A stretch of DNA of 64,000 bases from Vicugna vicugna (lineage: Eukaryota). Below the pieces are notes generated by a model. That model was not told the DNA's origin, did no database searches, and was given only the letters and a program-made list of their open reading frames with translations. How positions within the stretch are numbered: the first letter of the stretch is position 1; each line of letters starts with the position of its first letter. Of the stretch, positions 9,831-23,746 are shown piece after piece. Where the stretch lies: assembly GCA_013265495.1 (NCBI GenBank), contig MU057733.1, forward strand, positions 62,001 through 126,000, given 5' to 3'. The position numbers and the translations under genes were made by a program.

Positions 9831-12800
9831 GCGCGGCGGCGGCCGCCGGTGTGAACCGGTTGATGAATGGCGACGCACCGCAGCCGAGCGCTATCGCGGC
9901 GGGGGGAGGGAAGAGGCCGAGGAGGGACTAGGTTGGACGCTTCCTGGGGTCGGGAGCGGGAAGGGATGCAGATCTACCCAATTAAAACCACCAGCCACTG
10001 CGCTCTTGTCACCTGAGGAGGCCTGAAGTTGGCCTCAACTTAAAATGCAGTCCCCTTGGGAACGCTCAGTCCCGGCCCTCGCTTCCTTCTGCCCTAAGTC
10101 AAACCACAGTCATCTTTGCCAGCGGTTTACCTTGGCACCTGCGCCCTGCGGTCCCCGTCACCAAATGTTTCTGTGGTCCTACCGCTGTCGGGTGACAACC
10201 CCTGGGGTGCCACGGCCCTTGGCCGGGACAGAGCGAGCACCGGTCGCGGGGCTCGTTCCAGCGGGGAGGACTTACTGCAGCAAACATCCTATAGAGGATG
10301 GGAGAGTATCTCGTGATGCAGATAAAGCCCTCTGCTCCCCAGTCTATTTTGGTCACGCCTTCGTACTACGTACGCGGGCAACAGCATTGGCTCAATCGTG
10401 GCATTTCGAAATCACATGCATCCTTTGTACTGCTGCTCACTTGATGCGTTGTCACTGATAATGAAAGGTTAGGGAGCATTTTAAAAATTAGGAATCTTCT
10501 GTTTTTGTCAAGGATTGATGTAATTTTTTGCGTCAGAGCTAAAGCTTTCCTTTTTGTTCATTTTCAGAACTGCCCCACTATGTTCGTAATTTAGGCCCTT
10601 AAGTAAAAGCCTTATCACAATTGTTCTGTGTTACACAAGGGCAACTCTGTCATTTATAATCTGAAAACTCTTTCTTCTCCGCTTTCTGGAAGGAGTAAAC
10701 AGGAGTTTTACCTGCTTTGAAGAACTCGATTTTCTGCTAACACTGAGGCCCTTTGTTTGCTGTTTTCACTAAGCAGTGGATTGGAGAGGGCTTTAGGGAT
10801 CAAATTGTTTTCTTGGTCAGCAGCGTCTTAGGATTTGTCAGAACTTATACTTAAGAGACTGTGCTTGCATACTTACTCAACTTTCTTATAAACGTATACT
10901 CTAAACAGAGTAAGTGCTTTCAAAAGGAATTGGGTCAGGCAGGCTTTTGCAGGAACAAAAGTCACATCACCTTCGTTTTAAATAAATTGCTTGTCAAGGA
11001 AACTTTTGAATCCCACCTAAATCAAGGGAAACTAAAGAACTTGAGAAATACATAATGTACCTTCACAAACTATGAAGGAGTAAAGATTTGAAGTTTTTAA
11101 GTCCTAAAAATATAGGAGGATTAAAAAAATAATCTTGGGGTGAGAGAGGCCTTCTTAACTAGATCAGAGAACTCAAGTCACAAAGAAAAAGACAGATTTC
11201 ATTATATAAAAATTAAAATCCTTGATATGGCAAAAGACTTTTGACAAAGTTAAAATACTTAATGGCCCATTGGGAGAGAATATTGGCGATGTAACGCGGG
11301 CAGAATTAACACCATAATATATAAAAGGCTTGACCCACATACACAATACTGTAGTTAGAAAACACATACAATCAGCAACTCTCACCCAAAGATGGTCAGC
11401 ACAGTGAGCTGGGGGGAAAGTGAAAGTATTTTTTCACCCAGTGGCTTTTCAAAAAATGAATTTGGTGGGAGAAGATATAAATTCAGCTAATAGTTAGCAG
11501 AGCTAATTCAGTATGAGCCAGTTTTCTTGTAGAACTTGTGATACGAGTTGTGAGCCTTGTGAGCTGGATCCTGTAATTAGCAATGCTGACATGAAGTATC
11601 CAGTCAGCTGTTGCTCATCAAGCTGGAAAAGCTGGGCTCAAACTCACAAGTGGCCTAACAGCTTCGGGCCGGGGGCGGGGGCGGGGGTCTGTTATTAGCT
11701 TCTCAGATGAGGAACTAGCTTGTTTCTACTTTGAAAGAACATAGTTCAAGGATAAAAAACTAGATAAAGCTTTTGGTATTGAAGAAAAAGGACACACTTT
11801 AAACAAGGTTTAAGTGTGGTCTCGCTGACCAGCTCACTGAATTCTCTCGGAGTAGTTATGGGCCTGGCACTCTGACAGCTGCCATGTTTATATGTGTCCC
11901 GTGCTATTGTGGTTCACTGCTATGCTGAGCGTGTCTGCTCTCCTGAGCCCAATAGTTTTAAGATGCTGATTCTCAGAGAACAGTAGTCCATCCCATCATT
12001 GTTTAGGAGAATCCTGTTGTCGGAGGACTCACTTAATCTCTATAGATTTGCACTTGGAGCATCAGAACCCATACTTACGGAAGTAGAGGTTCTCCAGACT
12101 GAGCTAGCAGGCTTGCAAATAGTGGTCCAGACATCCAGAGGTAAGAGAAAACCTCTGAAAAGCAATGTTCCAGAAGAAGCCCTAAGATTGAAGACTTCTT
12201 ATCCAGCTAAACAAAATGCCCTGGTAGGAGTTACTTTTCTCAGCAGAACATGTGTCCTTGAGCTCATGGTAGGCAGGACTTTCCATCAGCATATTCAAAA
12301 TGCCAAAGCCAACAGTTGGGAGATAAAGAAGACTATAAAAGAATCACGAGGAAAATCCTTATGGAAGATGAAACACTGCAGAAGACTGTTTCTGAAAAGA
12401 GTCTGTCTGGATCAGCAAACCCTGAAGATGAAGATGCAGAGAAATCTCTACAGGATGGCAGATCTCCTAGTAAACTTTGAATGATTCCATTTATACCAGA
12501 CATAAAAAGAATGGAGGATTTCAGTCCTTTCTCTCTCCTCAGATTTATTAAGGTTATAAATGGTAGGTTGAGGGAGTCTGATAAAAATTTTTTAATATAG
12601 TAAGAGTATTGCCACTGCAATGATGGAAAGATCAAAAGTGACAATACCAACCCAGAAAAAAAATACTAGATTGCAAGGTATAATGATGTGCCAAGTATAC
12701 TTAGTAGAGGCAAGTACCCCAGTAGGCGTCTGGATACCAGTGCAGAGGGCAATCTAAGTATATCCCCATACTTAAAAGGTGTCCTAAAAATTCAGGGATA

Positions 12801-13053
12801 CACAGCTTGTATCAACATTGTAACAGTTTGTTTTCCTTTTGTTGTTACAGAACAGCCTATTTTATTTTATATCTAAAATGAATCTTTTTATGTGGTTTGT
12901 AAAAAAAGGTTAAAAATGTAGAGTATACTTAAATTTCTGAGAACATAATTTTTGGCGTGTGAATGTTGTTTAAAACTGAAGTATGTTCTATGTTAAAAAG
13001 TGACTTCATTTTCCTCCTCTAAGTTACTGATTTAAAGATTCATCAAGTCTTTT

Positions 13054-13234
13054 AAAAAATCTATATTTTTGTGTATTATTACTTTTAAATTGACGCATAA
13101 TTGACATATAACATTATATTAGCTTCAGGTGTATGACAATGATATAATATTTGTGTATTTTACAAAATAATCACAATAAATGTAGCTAACATCTCTTTCC
13201 ATATGTAAGTACAGGTTTTTTTTCTTGTGATGAG
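13054..13234 (-). mobile_element. Short 5'-truncated L1 3' end with TSD
   Basis: L1 3'UTR reverse complement; ATCAAGTCTTTT duplicated at 13042-13053 and 13235-13246. Confidence 0.75.
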
Positions 13235-14789
13235 ATCAAGTCTTTTTTTTAGGAAGTTTGATGAATAACAAAACCCAAACAGCAATGCTGCATGATTATT
13301 TCTGTGCGAACTTTTAACACAGAAATCTCCAAAAAGCAATTAAGTTTGTCACAAGAAGCCTTTCAGGGTCAAAGTCCATAGGCCAGTCCCTGAACTTGGA
13401 CTACTGTGTTTCGACCCTGTCAGACATCCAGGTGGGTGCTGAAGATGTAAATATCTTTAGATAAATGAATCCTACTGGATCAGAAATAAACATTTTATTA
13501 AGTTGTCAAACTCAGTCATTAGAAGTAATGTTTTCTCTGTAAAACTGCTTTAAGACAATTTTCAAAAAACCTTTTAAAATTATCTATTTTAAGAAACAAT
13601 TCTCTTTAGTAAATCTCTAATATGTCCATTTTCTGTCCCTTTACCTTTCATGTCTAATTTTAATCAATTTGAATACAAACCCCAAAATTGCATAGGTAGG
13701 TCTTCAAATTAGAAACCCTGCCATTTAATATAGTGACTGTTCTGTGGAGGTTCCGTGCGCATATTAAGATGTGACAGACATATTAGTAAAAATATTTCTA
13801 TTTGCATAGTGAAAGGAACTGTCTCACTATTCTGTTTGGGACAGAATAAAGGGTTTATTATGAACCTATAATAATTGATAATATTTTCATAGCATACCAT
13901 TACTATGACTGATTCACATACTGGGTACCAGGAGGACTCTAGTTTTAGAAAACTCTTATTTTTAGTGAACTTGGAAAATTTTCTTTCTCTGTTCTAAAGT
14001 CTGAATAAAAATCACTTGGGAATTAGAAATCAGGAGGGCCACAGTCTTTATTTAATTGCATAAAAAATTATGCCACAGGCTGAAGTGAGGCAAAAATAGC
14101 TTTGGAAAGGAGAATTTAATCTGGCTGGAGCAACGGAGTGGAGTATAAATAAATTTTAAAGGTTTGTTATGCATGCTATGGCAAAGCTGTCATTTGGCAG
14201 GTTTAATTTACAGAGTTGGCATTTAGACTGCAGATAATCCAGGCCAACACTGACCCAAGCAGCATCACTGGGGTAAGCCTTACATAAGGAGGCATGTTCT
14301 TGAACAGTGTCCAGAAAACATAACATTTAACAGAAAAACTATAGTAGGCATGCCTTTTTCCTACTCTATCACAATTTGTTTTTAGCTGTTAACAAACATT
14401 GCTATTTTAGTGTATTTCTGTAGCTCATTTCATTACCAGAAGATACTGAATAAGAAAAAAGGAGCATAGAAGCATTTCAAAATTTCTTCTACTTAAGATA
14501 GTATCATATCATGCATTTCTGGCGGCCTCTGACATAATAATGCACCCAGGAGATACTCAGTCAGGATCTGTTCAGATATGACCAGATTAATTTCCCTTCT
14601 GAAATCCTTTGGGGGCATCCTGTTTGCAGTCTTCCTGTTTTCTTTGCAGGCTTCTCTTGGTTTTTCAGTCCTTTTAATGATGGTACTCACTGGGGTTTGT
14701 CCGAGGGCTGCCTGGCCCTGCTCCGCAGGCTCCCCGGGCTTTTCTCTCACTCCCGTAGCTGGGGCTACCCACCCTCCCTCCCTCCTCTA

Positions 14790-15480
14790 CACCTGTTAAA
14801 TGCCTAGCCTTTGCCAGGCACTCTGCTATCTTATGATGAACAACATAAACATTGTTCCTGCTGCCAGTGGAATTTATATACTGAAGAGGAAAGAGAAAAT
14901 AACAAGTAACTAAGCAAAGAATAGAATTATAAGTTGTAATATGCTCTTTGAAGGAGGTAAACAGAATAGCTGGGGCAGTGACTTTAGACTGGGAAGGCGG
15001 GCAGTGTCTCCCAGGAGACCTGGACCTAAATGGTAAGAATGAATCACAGAAAGAGGAGGAGGAGAGAGAGATTCTCGGTGGAGGAAATGACAGGACAGAT
15101 ACCCCAGGTGGAAGGAGCTTGGTTGTGCTCATGGAAATGAAAGACTGGAGGGGCTGTAGCAAAGTAAGAAAAGAGGAGAAAGGCAGGAGTCACCCTGGAG
15201 ACCTGGCAGGGACTGGGTCACGCAGAGCCTTCCAGGCCATGGTAAGTATTGGACTTTATTTTAAGGACAATGAGCAACAGCTGCTTAACAGGAAATTTCT
15301 GTTTTAAGAAAATCATTTTTTTCCTATTCTTTGTAGAATGGTGAAGAGAGCCCTAGAGTGGAATTGGTGTGATGGGGTGAAAGACTCGAGGTTTCCTGCC
15401 TTGCTAAATGGTGGACAGTGAAAGTGTTGACTATGGTGAGGACGGCAGAAACGAAGAGAAGTGAGTAGATCAAAGATAGT
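14790..15480. mobile_element. L2 remnant
   Basis: TGCCAGGCACT..., purine-rich body, TTGGACTTTATTTTAAGGACAATG typical of L2. Confidence 0.6.
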
Positions 15481-17149
15481 GAAATAGCATTGAGACAATT
15501 TGAATCACAACACGCCCTATAGCTTCCAATGTCCAAAAAACATATAAGGCCATTATTATAAGCTTATTTTATGCCATGGGGCTGAATTTTATAGGCACCC
15601 TGACAGAAAGTTACATAATTCACATGACCATTTTCATCAGCAAAGTGTTTGTAAGGAATAAACCAGAAGCATAAAAGAAATAAAGGTCCTCAAATTATTC
15701 TTGGAGAGGCATTATTTCTGATGATTTCAGGAATAGAGGAGTGGGAATGCCTAAAAATTGTATACTTAAGTTTCCACAGAACAGTCAAAACTCCTGATAG
15801 GTAACTATAATAGTAAGAAAGGCTAAAATTTATTGTGCTCTTAACTGTTTTTCAATCTGTGCTACACACATTTGTATTTTTTTCTTCAACTTACTCGAAA
15901 ACTCAGACTCTGAGATAGAAGTTGGTTAAAAAAATCAACACATAGTAGGTGATATCACTTGAGATACTAACATATGAAATATCTACACAATGGCATATTT
16001 TTCAGATATTAAAAGTAGCCTTTAATGACTTTGACATAGAGGAAATACTCTGTAATATTAAATGAAAAAAGAATATAAATTAAATAATTTGTATAATTAC
16101 AACCATGTAAAAATGTAAGTTAAAATAAGTTAAAAACAGGAAGAAATAAACCAAAATGTCAATGATGTTATAACTGATATTTAAGCTCTTTGTATCACTG
16201 GGTGATGTGATGAAAAAATTTTTTTCTTTACCAATTTCTATATTTTCTGATTTCTTTCCAAAAATGCTACCCTTATTATTGGGAGTGGGGAATATCAAGT
16301 GATGCTCAAATGAATTAAGTCATATCAAATATTCTTAATATTTTCAGAATTTCAGGGAATATTTTCAGAAAATGAATGTCTAGGAATGTTATTTTCATGG
16401 AAGAAAATTGAAACATTTAATCGTAGGATGACTATTTAGAAGTAGAGGAAGGAGTATTTATGTGGCATTTAGAAACTGGGAGTTAGAATTTGTCCAAGAG
16501 GTCGTTCTGATAGATCTGCAGCCTTATAATCTCAGCAGCAGAGATGAAGGCACTAGGTTATTCTAACCTGACTCCAGCTGTCAAAACATGACAACCATCT
16601 TGTTCTGAGTCCATGTTTCCAGAGAATTAATCCTATTATAATTTGCTTTTAATGTGAATTTATTTGCTATCATATGTGGAAATGTAATGCCCAGCCAGTG
16701 AGAAGTTCCCTGAGAACTTGAAATAAAAGCTAATAAGGTCTTCAGAGAATTAAACCAGAAACTTCCACAGTGAAGGTGTTTATATACCATATCTGTGGTT
16801 ATAAGCCAGAAGATTGCCTATAAATGTATGACATTTGGAAATATCTCAAACTTGAGTCAACATGACTTTGGTATAATCTAAGAGAAGTCGAACTAGAATG
16901 TGATTGTAAACTGATATTAAATCGATTTTATTGTATCTGCCTGGAGGAAGACTGAGAATGGAAGGAAGATGATACTGGGTACATACATAGAGGAGTAAAG
17001 CCTAAAGATTTGAGGGTTATCAGTGTTGATCCAGCGCTGCCCAGGGAAGAGGCGTTGATTCTGTATACAGTGAGCATGCTGGTTATTGTAGAGATATATC
17101 ATTATAGAATGGTATTCACATCAACTGATATTTATCGATTACTTATTAT

Positions 17150-17330
17150 GCATTAGATACTGTATTAAGTACTATATTAATCCTTTTATCAACCTCTCCA
17201 GATTGATATTATACCCATTATAAAGATCAGGACACAGAGCCTCAAAGTTTGTCACACAAGCATTATGTGATGTGGCTGGGATTCAAATCCCAGTGGCTTG
17301 ACAAGAGTCTCTGCCTTCAATTCTCTGCTA
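17150..17330. mobile_element. MIR
   Basis: CCCATTATAAAGATCAGGACACAGAGCCTC...GCTGGGATTCAAATCCCAG core. Confidence 0.6.
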
Positions 17331-19001
17331 AATTACTCTCCTTGCCTTGGAACATCCCTTAAGGTTATTTACTTTCTTATGCTCTAGTTCTTGCCCAATA
17401 AACTTTTAATGGGTTATTGGGAGTCCCCCAATTCTAATCCTGGAAAGGAATTACTCCAAAGTCCTTGCATTCCAGCTTATATGTTATCTTCTGTGAGTTT
17501 AGTAAAAGTGAATCACCAAATATGATAATGTAATAAATTACTGGGACTCCATCCTCCCTTCTCATTCTCATGAACATTTCAAGAGAAACTGTGCCCTAGG
17601 CCAATGATACTCCAAGTGTAGTCCATGAACCAGCGCCACCCTACAAGCTGTTACTGGTCTGTGACGAGATAAATAGAAACTGAGGCCAAGCCTTTAACAA
17701 ACTTTTAGAGCAGCTTGATAGGGTAACTTTATGTCTATTGAATTGAATTTTATAAATTAGGCTTGTATTTGTAAAATTTCACTTTCAAGTAATTCACTTT
17801 GATTAAGAAATACCGCTGAAAACTATGGAAATTGGTTATTATATTATGAAAATAATGGCTACGGATACATTCTTTAGTCTTTTGTGCAAGAGGCCACTCC
17901 ATGATCTTTTATAATATTATTTCTATTATTTCCTAGTCTGTCCTTCCTGGGTTGCTGTTGTCAGGAGGAAAGAAACCACTCATAACTGCTTCTTAGCTTC
18001 CTTTAATAAGCTTTAATTAAGAACTATGATTGTGGTTTTACAAATAAATGAACATGTTTTTGTTGATTTATTGGTGTGTGCCTGTCAGGACAATCTCCAT
18101 AGTGTTAAAAAGGAAACTGAAAATGTTATTTATAACATCAGATGACCTCCAGGAAAAGAATGTCTACGACAAGCTTATAGACTAACTGAATGCTCCCTCA
18201 CTCCCCATAAAGCTTTCCAAGGCAGAGGCCATGTCCTGTTAATTTCCCTGTGCCTAACACAGCGCTTGGCACATAGCAGGTATTTAATGAACAACCAGCA
18301 CATTTTGTGGTATTATTGTTTAATGCTTGACTTAAGGATGTGTGGAGGACAGTGCTGGTGTTTGGTAGGACACAGAACCCAAGAAATAGGATCTAGCAGC
18401 AGACAATGAGATTAGAAGGTGAAATCAAGAAAGTCAGGGTGATAACAGGCTGGCTTATCTTGAACAGTATCAAGGCCAGATTGTTTACTCTCTTTTGTGG
18501 TCTGTTGTTTCTATATTTGAGTATTTTTCCTAAAAGACTACTAATAACTCACTTTTACATTACTGCTTAGAATAATCTTACTTTTTATTCCTTGAAATGA
18601 ATAACAAGACCAAAGAATTGATAAGTAGTATCAGTGACCCAGAAATGAATTATTGATCTAGTACAGATTCACCTACAGTGATAGTGACATGCTGATCTCT
18701 TTGGCAGAGGCTTTGCACAGAGAATTCTAGACTTAACTTCCCCTCTGGCATCATCCTCCCTTCTGTGCACTATCAGGCAGACAGAAGCCAGGCCTTGAGA
18801 AAACACTTGACAGGGCAAACCTAAAGCAAGTGTATCATAATACTTTTAAATAGTTATATTTTACGAGTGTGAGTAGGCTTTTAGATTCGCAAAAATGTGA
18901 ACTTGAAGACTGGATTAACTTTTTGAAAATGTAAGGAGAAATTTTCCTTTGCCTTTATTTGGTTTGTTGCACCAAAGAAATGCTAATTAAAGTTTAATTG
19001 A

Positions 19002-19303
19002 TTCCACATATGAGTGATATCATATGGTATTTTTCTTTCTCTTTCTGGCTATTTAAAACAATGCACAGTATATTCATTGCTATTCATAATATTTCCAACT
19101 TTGTTCACTTTAAAAATCTTGTAAAAATTCAAGTTCACATACCTCCATTAAAACATGTGTTTTCTTCTCCATCAGGGATATTTATATATACTCATAATTT
19201 CTGTGAACAGAAATTGCTATTTGTCTAACATAGATCATTGTAATGTTATGTACATTTATGATGCTATTTCTATAAATAAAATAATGGTCACTTCATTAAA
19301 AAA
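19002..19303 (+). mobile_element. Chimeric retroposed insertion (inverted L1 fragment + non-repetitive polyadenylated sequence)
   Basis: 13-bp TSD AAAGTTTAATTGA at 18989-19001 and 19304-19316; AATAAA 19275-19280; A-run from 19298. Confidence 0.75.
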
Positions 19304-21015
19304 AAAGTTTAATTGAGAAGAGAATGGCATGTATTCTGTTAACTGGTGGGTAATCTCTACCTACACTGAAGTTGCTGACCAGTTAATGGTAATGATAGTT
19401 ACTTAAGAACAGATTTTACAGTATTTTTAATAGTTTTCCTTCAATTAAATCCTTTTTGAGAGGGGGGAATCCCCACCAGTGGTTGCTGTACATATAGGGC
19501 TTAATTCAGGATGGCAAACATCTTGTTGTGTCCTATTTAGTGTTTTATCCTGCATCTGTGTACCAAATTTATGATCATGGAATCATTAAAAATGAACCTT
19601 CAATGTTTTTAGTTATTTTTTTATTCTTGGACCCCTTGCTTCTACGTAATAGTTTTTCATTTTTAAGGAGATTTTGTCTTTTCAAAGCACTCTATCTACA
19701 TGGCCCAGTCTCTCTGTCTGCCATGGTTATTGTATAAGGACACTGCAAATCGTAAGAACACTGTGTGCCTTTTTGGAACAGCTGAGATTCAGAAGCTGTT
19801 AGAATGATGAGAGGCAGCAAATGCAGTAAGAGGTTGGAGGATGGAGTTTTTCCAAACATGAGAAGATGAAGGAATTTTAGAGCCATGTAAAGATAGAGCT
19901 AGAAAGGCCTGGAAGATCGTTTATTATACCTCAGGGAACAGAGCCCTGGAGAGGATAAGTGACTCACAGAAAGTGGCAAAGTCTCCTAGCCAAGGGGAAG
20001 TCCTCCTTACAGGACCATAACTTGCCTTTCCATGCAATTTAACTCCCAGGTGATTTCCTTTATATTATCTGATTGCATCTCTTGCCAACTCTAACAAGGC
20101 ATTGGGTGGAGAATTGGCTTCTCCATCTTCCATAAGGAGAGGCTGAAACACACTTATGACTGAACTAGTCAAAAACTGAAAACTGCTCCCAGACTGATTG
20201 TTCTTTTCATGAAATCAGGATCCATGGGTTCCTTAAATAAATACTCAAATCTCCTGAGGTTCTGGCTCCCCTAGAGGCACCTGCAGTGATTCTGATTCAC
20301 AGGTTGGGGTCTGTGAACGCTAAAGCTCCCAGGTGCTGCTGCTTCAGTCATCAGCTAGGCAGGGTGAAAACATGCCTTTGATGGTTTGTCATGCAGAAAG
20401 ACAAAACCATCTACCCATATTGCCTCTTTAAACATACTTCTCCTTGTAGGGGTCTGATGAAAGTTTCTGTGAGCATTTACTATGCACGGGCACTGGTCTA
20501 AGAGGTGAGGCTCCCACTGTGAAAAATGATGCTAGCCTCAAAAGTGACCCACGTGTAAACAGTTACAGTACAGCATGATAAAATGTATAATCAGTGTTTT
20601 CTGTTGAGTGCTATGGGAACCCTGAGGCAAGATGCCTAATTCTGCCTGAGGGGTTGGAACGTGAGAGTGGAAATATAGAGTCTTCCTACAGAGGGACTAG
20701 AGTCTGGAAGAGAGAGTATGAGAACTTCTGGTCTCAAGTTTTGGCCCAAATACTCCCAGTGTGATGTTAATTGGATGGAAAACAAAACAAAAAACACAAA
20801 TCCTTTTCATATTGGTTGAAATTTTCCAGAAGGATGAGAAGCTTGACAATACAGAAAAATTCTACTGTAATGAAGGGTACTTGGAGACAAAAAAAAAAAA
20901 AAAAAAAAAAACAGAATTGTAACTAAATACACTTCTGCTGAGAATTCCAAAGGCTTTTTAAATGCTTTTGCTGAGAGGAGTCTACCATCAGTGAATTTGA
21001 ATATTCATGCTTCCA

Positions 21016-22361
21016 AGCTATTCAGCCATATGTAAATCAATGAAGTTAGAACAGTTCCTCACACCATACACAAAAATAAACTCAAAATGGCTCAAATACT
21101 TAAACATAAGGCAGACACCATAAATCTCCTAGAAGAGAGCATAGGCAAAATATTCTCTGACATAAATCATAGCAATGTTTTCCTGGGTCAGTCTCCCGAA
21201 GCAATAGAAATAAAAGCAGAAATAAACAAATGGGGATCTAATCAAACTTATAAGCTTTTGCACAGCAAAGGAAACATAAACAAAACACAAAGACAACCTA
21301 CAGACTGGGAGAAAATATTTGCAAATGATGCAACTGACAAGGGCTTAATTTCCAGAATACACAAACAGCTCATATAACTCAATAACAAAAACAAACAACC
21401 CATTCCAAAATAGGGCGGAAGACCTAAATAGACATTTCTCCAAGGAATCGTACAGATGGCGAATAGGGACATGAAAATATGCTCTACATCACTAATTATA
21501 GAGAAATGCAAATCAAAACTTCAATGAGGTATAACCTCACACCAGTCAGAATGGCCAGAATTAAGAAGTCCACAAACAACAAATGCTGTAGAGGGTGTGG
21601 AGCAAAGGGAACCCTCCTACATTGTTGGTGGGAATGTAATTTGATGTAGCCACTATGGAAAACAGTATGGAGATTCCTCAAAAAACTAAAAATAGACTTA
21701 GCATTTGATCCAGCAATTCTACTCCTGGGCACATATCCAGAGGAAATTTTAATCTGAAAAGATGCATACACCCCAATGTTCATAGCAGCACTACATACAA
21801 TAGCTAAGACACAGAAGCAACCTAAATGTTCATTGATAGGTGATTGGATAAAGAAGATGTAGTATATACATACAATGGCATACTACTCAGCCATAAAAAG
21901 AATGAAATAATGTCATTTGCAGCAACATAGATGGACCTAGATATTATCATACTAAGTGAAGGAAGTCAGACAGAGAAAGACAAATACTGTATGATAGCAC
22001 TTATATGTGGAAACTAAAAAAAAAAATGATACAAATGAATGTATTTACAAAACAGAAACAGACAGACATAGAAAACAAATTTATGGTTACCAAAGGGGAA
22101 AGGAAGGGGAGGGATAAATTAGGAGTTTGGAATTAGTAGATACAAAGTACTGTATATAAAATAGATAAACAACAAGGTCCTAATGTACAGCACAGGGAAC
22201 TACATTCAAAACTTTGTAATGATGTAAATGAAAAAGAATGTGAAAAAGGATATATATATTATATATATAGCTGTATAACTGAATCACTATGCTGTATACC
22301 AGAAAGTAACACAACAATATAAATCAACTGTACTTTGATAAAAAGCTATATAAAAATTATA
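21016..22361 (+). mobile_element. 5'-truncated L1 (ORF2 C-terminus + 3'UTR), decayed
   Basis: ORF2-like peptides (RQPTDWEKIFANDATDKGLIS); degenerate 18-bp TSD at 20998-21015 and 22362-22379. Confidence 0.93.
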
Positions 22362-23746
22362 TGAATATTTGTGCTTCCAGTATTTCTTTAAAAAATTTTT
22401 AATCACTGAATTACCAAAAAAAAAAAAGTATAGTTTATGTCTATGGAAATTTCTAGATTGATAGCTAGGAATTTCCAGCGGTGTTTATAAGTTTCTTAAA
22501 ATAATGCCAACTGATATGACTTCACTAACTTTGATGCCTTGCTATTCTTTCTTATTTTCTGCTTTAAACAACTGTAACCATTGTTTTTAAAATATCTGAG
22601 TCAAATTAATTAATTGCACCCCATTTCAAGTACACTCTCAAACTGGACAGTAGTTTCATTTAGCTGTTCACACCATAATTTCCCCTTCCTTTTCCCTCTC
22701 CTACAACCCCTGTATGAATTTTAAATCATGCTTTTGATCTTTCGTGCTGTTATATACAAAGACGTCGAATTCCAATTCCCCGATTTAATCAGAGATAAAG
22801 CGCGAACAATTCTTCACCAGTGAACTGTACATTCCTTACCTGTGATGCCTGAGTTGGGGGGCATCGAGTTCTAAACATGTGCTAAAGCTGAAGAAAGTCC
22901 TGTTACACTGTGGCATTAAAGTCACTGTACTACATGACAGGATTCCAAGCCGGCCCTGGTTAACCTGACTTAGCCAATGAGAATTCTATACTTAGGCCAC
23001 CGTGTAATTGGTTATTTCTAAGGAGGAGGCAAATTGACCTTTGGCTTTCACTATTGAGCATGAAGACCAAAACTGTTTTTCACACACCACCATTCAATTA
23101 CCATGCAGATTCTATTCAGACTTGAATAACCAAGGGTGCCTTTTAAAATAAAAGCTTTGATATCTTCAAGCATTCCACTCATTAAGCCTTACAACATGAT
23201 TACTGGGGACTTATTTGATTAAGCAGGTAATCAAGATCAAGTATGTATAATTAGATTCCCAGAGCAAAAATACCAGGTTATTAAAAAAATTATGGTTCAC
23301 CTTTCCAATGCCAGATTGGGTTTTTTTAATTATAAAAAAATACTGATTTTTAAACTTATCAGTGACCAGACATTACATTATATAATATATGTCTTATTGG
23401 ACGTGGCTTCAATCTTTAATAAAATAATCCTTTGATAACCAAATATAAATTTTGTGACCATACTTCCCCCGATTATCTGGGATAGGTCTGATGTCAAATA
23501 TTTGTTTTACAGATATTTGGGCTGTAAAATGTAATCACCTGTGTAATCTGGAGATAAAAGATCCAGATTACTTTTTTTTTCTTTTTTCAGGTTACTTCTT
23601 AACAAACTGAAACTTTTTTAAATAGAAAAATTATGCACAGTTCTAAAAATCCTAGAGATATGTTCAAAAGCAAACTCCCCATTCACTTCTGCACCCCAAA
23701 TCTCACTCCCTGGAGGGAAAGAACCATATTGACAATTTCTAAGGCC

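Larger units (their letters stand above)
8660..10400. promoter_or_regulatory. CpG island of the PTP4A1 promoter, exon 1 and 5' part of intron 1
   Basis: Very high GC content and dense CpG against AT-rich flanks. Confidence 0.95.

Noticed and set aside
8661..10458. Many overlapping 70-250 aa ORFs on both strands
   Set aside because: Expected in a CpG island with few stop codons; Arg/Ala/Gly/Pro low-complexity translations.
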